From NCBI GenBank assembly GCA_963675525.2, contig CAXXSL010000013.1, forward strand, positions 64,001-128,000: a stretch of 64,000 bases of DNA, read 5' to 3'. Every line of letters starts with the position of its first letter. The first letter of the stretch is position 1. Source of the DNA: Anaerohalosphaeraceae bacterium (lineage in GTDB: Bacteria; Planctomycetota; Phycisphaerae; Sedimentisphaerales; Anaerohalosphaeraceae). Below are positions 62,828 to 64,000 of this stretch, piece after piece. The notes beneath the pieces are model-generated. The model did no database searches and was not told where the DNA came from. It saw nothing but the letters and a program-made list of their open reading frames with translations. A program made the position numbers and the translations under genes.

Positions 62828-64000
62828 TTATTCATAGAAGTTGGTTGCTTCTGTTTCCTGTACATTTCGGGTCAACTGGTCACTATCCATGGTAACGGTG
62901 AAACGTACATCGCCGGCCTTCACGGCTTTGACCGTGACACGCCAACTGACTTTTGCTTTCGGTGCCAGCGATGGCAGCGGAGCAAAGGTTACCGTGCTTC
63001 CGGAAAGCGTACCATTGGTAGCACCGGTCGCACTGACAAACTGCATGCTGTCTTCCAACATCGTCTTAATGATAATGTTGGTATCGGGTGCTGAACCCTG
63101 GTTGGTGACTGTAATGAGATAGGTCTCATTGCCGCCCACCTCGATCGGGTCAGACAGGTCAATAACCTCCAACAGAATGGCCGCAATGGCATCGATCTGC
63201 GTTTGGGCCGAAGCGCTGACGTCATCGGCACATACTGCCGTTGCTTTTGCGGTATTAGCGTAGTTGCCACCCTTGGCTGGTTTATACGATACGCTTACCG
63301 TCTTAGAAGCCTTGGGTGCCAAACTGCCGACTTTCCAGGTGATCTGGTTTCCGACAACCACACCGCCGGCTGTGGCCTGAACATCGCTTACACCCGCAGG
63401 AATCGTATCGGTAATGACGGTGTCCATCGCGGCGGTATCGCCTTTGTTGCTAACCGTAATATCATACTTGATGGAACGGCCGAGGTATTCCTTCTTCGGA
63501 CCACTCTTTGTGATCGCCAATACGGGCTGGGTAACAACCGTTGTTGTCACTTCAGACTGAGCCTTCAAGTTGCCGTCGGCCATTGCTGACGCCTGATTCT
63601 TGAACGTTCCGGTTTTGGCTGCTTTGGTCACAACAGTACGCGTAGCCGATTGACCGGCTGCCAGATCGCCCACAGCAATTTCGATGGACTTCTTGCCATC
63701 CTGTGTCATCAGGCCGTCCGGAAGCGCATCCATGATCTTGACGTTTGATGCCGTTCCGGTTCCTTTGTTCGTAACAACAAACTTCATCGGAATCGCATCA
63801 CAGATCGTTACTTTTTCCGGAGCGGACTTGCTAAGCATTAATGCAGGCTGAACCACCTGCGTCTTGGCACAAGCCAGAATAACATAGGTCACATCAGCAC
63901 ATGTTTGCAAACACCCCGCTTCTGTAGCAGTTCCTCTGACAGTGATCTTATCAGTAGCCTTGGGGCCGAGGGAATCCATCTTCCAGGTAACAATGCCGTT
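62828..64000 (-). CDS. DUF11-repeat protein resembling chlamydial 60-kDa cysteine-rich outer-membrane protein OmcB (5' part outside the window)
   Basis: Frame open to the window end; repeated xVTNxG...D.LP.G modules; C-terminus DPIEVG...VTNQGSAPDTN...FAPLPSL...GDVRF...ETEATNFYE. Confidence 0.85.
   Translation of the reverse strand, partial: NGIVTWKMDSLGPKATDKITVRGTATEAGCLQTCADVTYVILACAKTQVVQPALMLSKSAPEKVTICDAIPMKFVVTNKGTGTASNVKIMDALPDGLMTQDGKKSIEIAVGDLAAGQSATRTVVTKAAKTGTFKNQASAMADGNLKAQSEVTTTVVTQPVLAITKSGPKKEYLGRSIKYDITVSNKGDTAAMDTVITDTIPAGVSDVQATAGGVVVGNQITWKVGSLAPKASKTVSVSYKPAKGGNYANTAKATAVCADDVSASAQTQIDAIAAILLEVIDLSDPIEVGGNETYLITVTNQGSAPDTNIIIKTMLEDSMQFVSATGATNGTLSGSTVTFAPLPSLAPKAKVSWRVTVKAVKAGDVRFTVTMDSDQLTRNVQETEATNFYE

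Overview
Mostly core-genome window from a bacterium that looks like a Planctomycetota member, probably class Phycisphaerae (inference from tandem prepilin/H-X9-DG proteins, a planctomycete-type L28 and an OmcB-like DUF11 protein). Recognisable genes: tatA, tatC, rtcB with archease, rpmB, gatC/A/B, an rRNA pseudouridine synthase, nnrE, surE, a TonB-dependent receptor, crcB with DUF190, an M16 peptidase, metK, ppnP, purH, a complete F1Fo ATP synthase operon, nadD, ndk, ligA, miaB, mscL and two mscS genes. I saw no rRNA, tRNA, CRISPR array, transposase or phage genes. The most notable items are: (1) a 60-aa protein made entirely of twelve xxKKK pentapeptides (histone H1/chlamydial Hc2-like), near a membrane-anchored HTH protein; (2) a four-helix-bundle gene bracketed by 7-bp tandem repeats that also enter its coding sequence, plus gene-less 7-bp and 9-bp repeat elements inside housekeeping operons; (3) a near-consensus promoter at 54.63 kb followed by a boxA-like motif, a structured non-coding stretch and a ~10.5-bp periodic array; (4) an OmcB-like protein; (5) several apparently leaderless genes. 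Single-base frameshifts clustered at 55.4 kb and 60.7-61.6 kb are probably sequencing errors. All product calls come from motif recognition by eye, not database searches.
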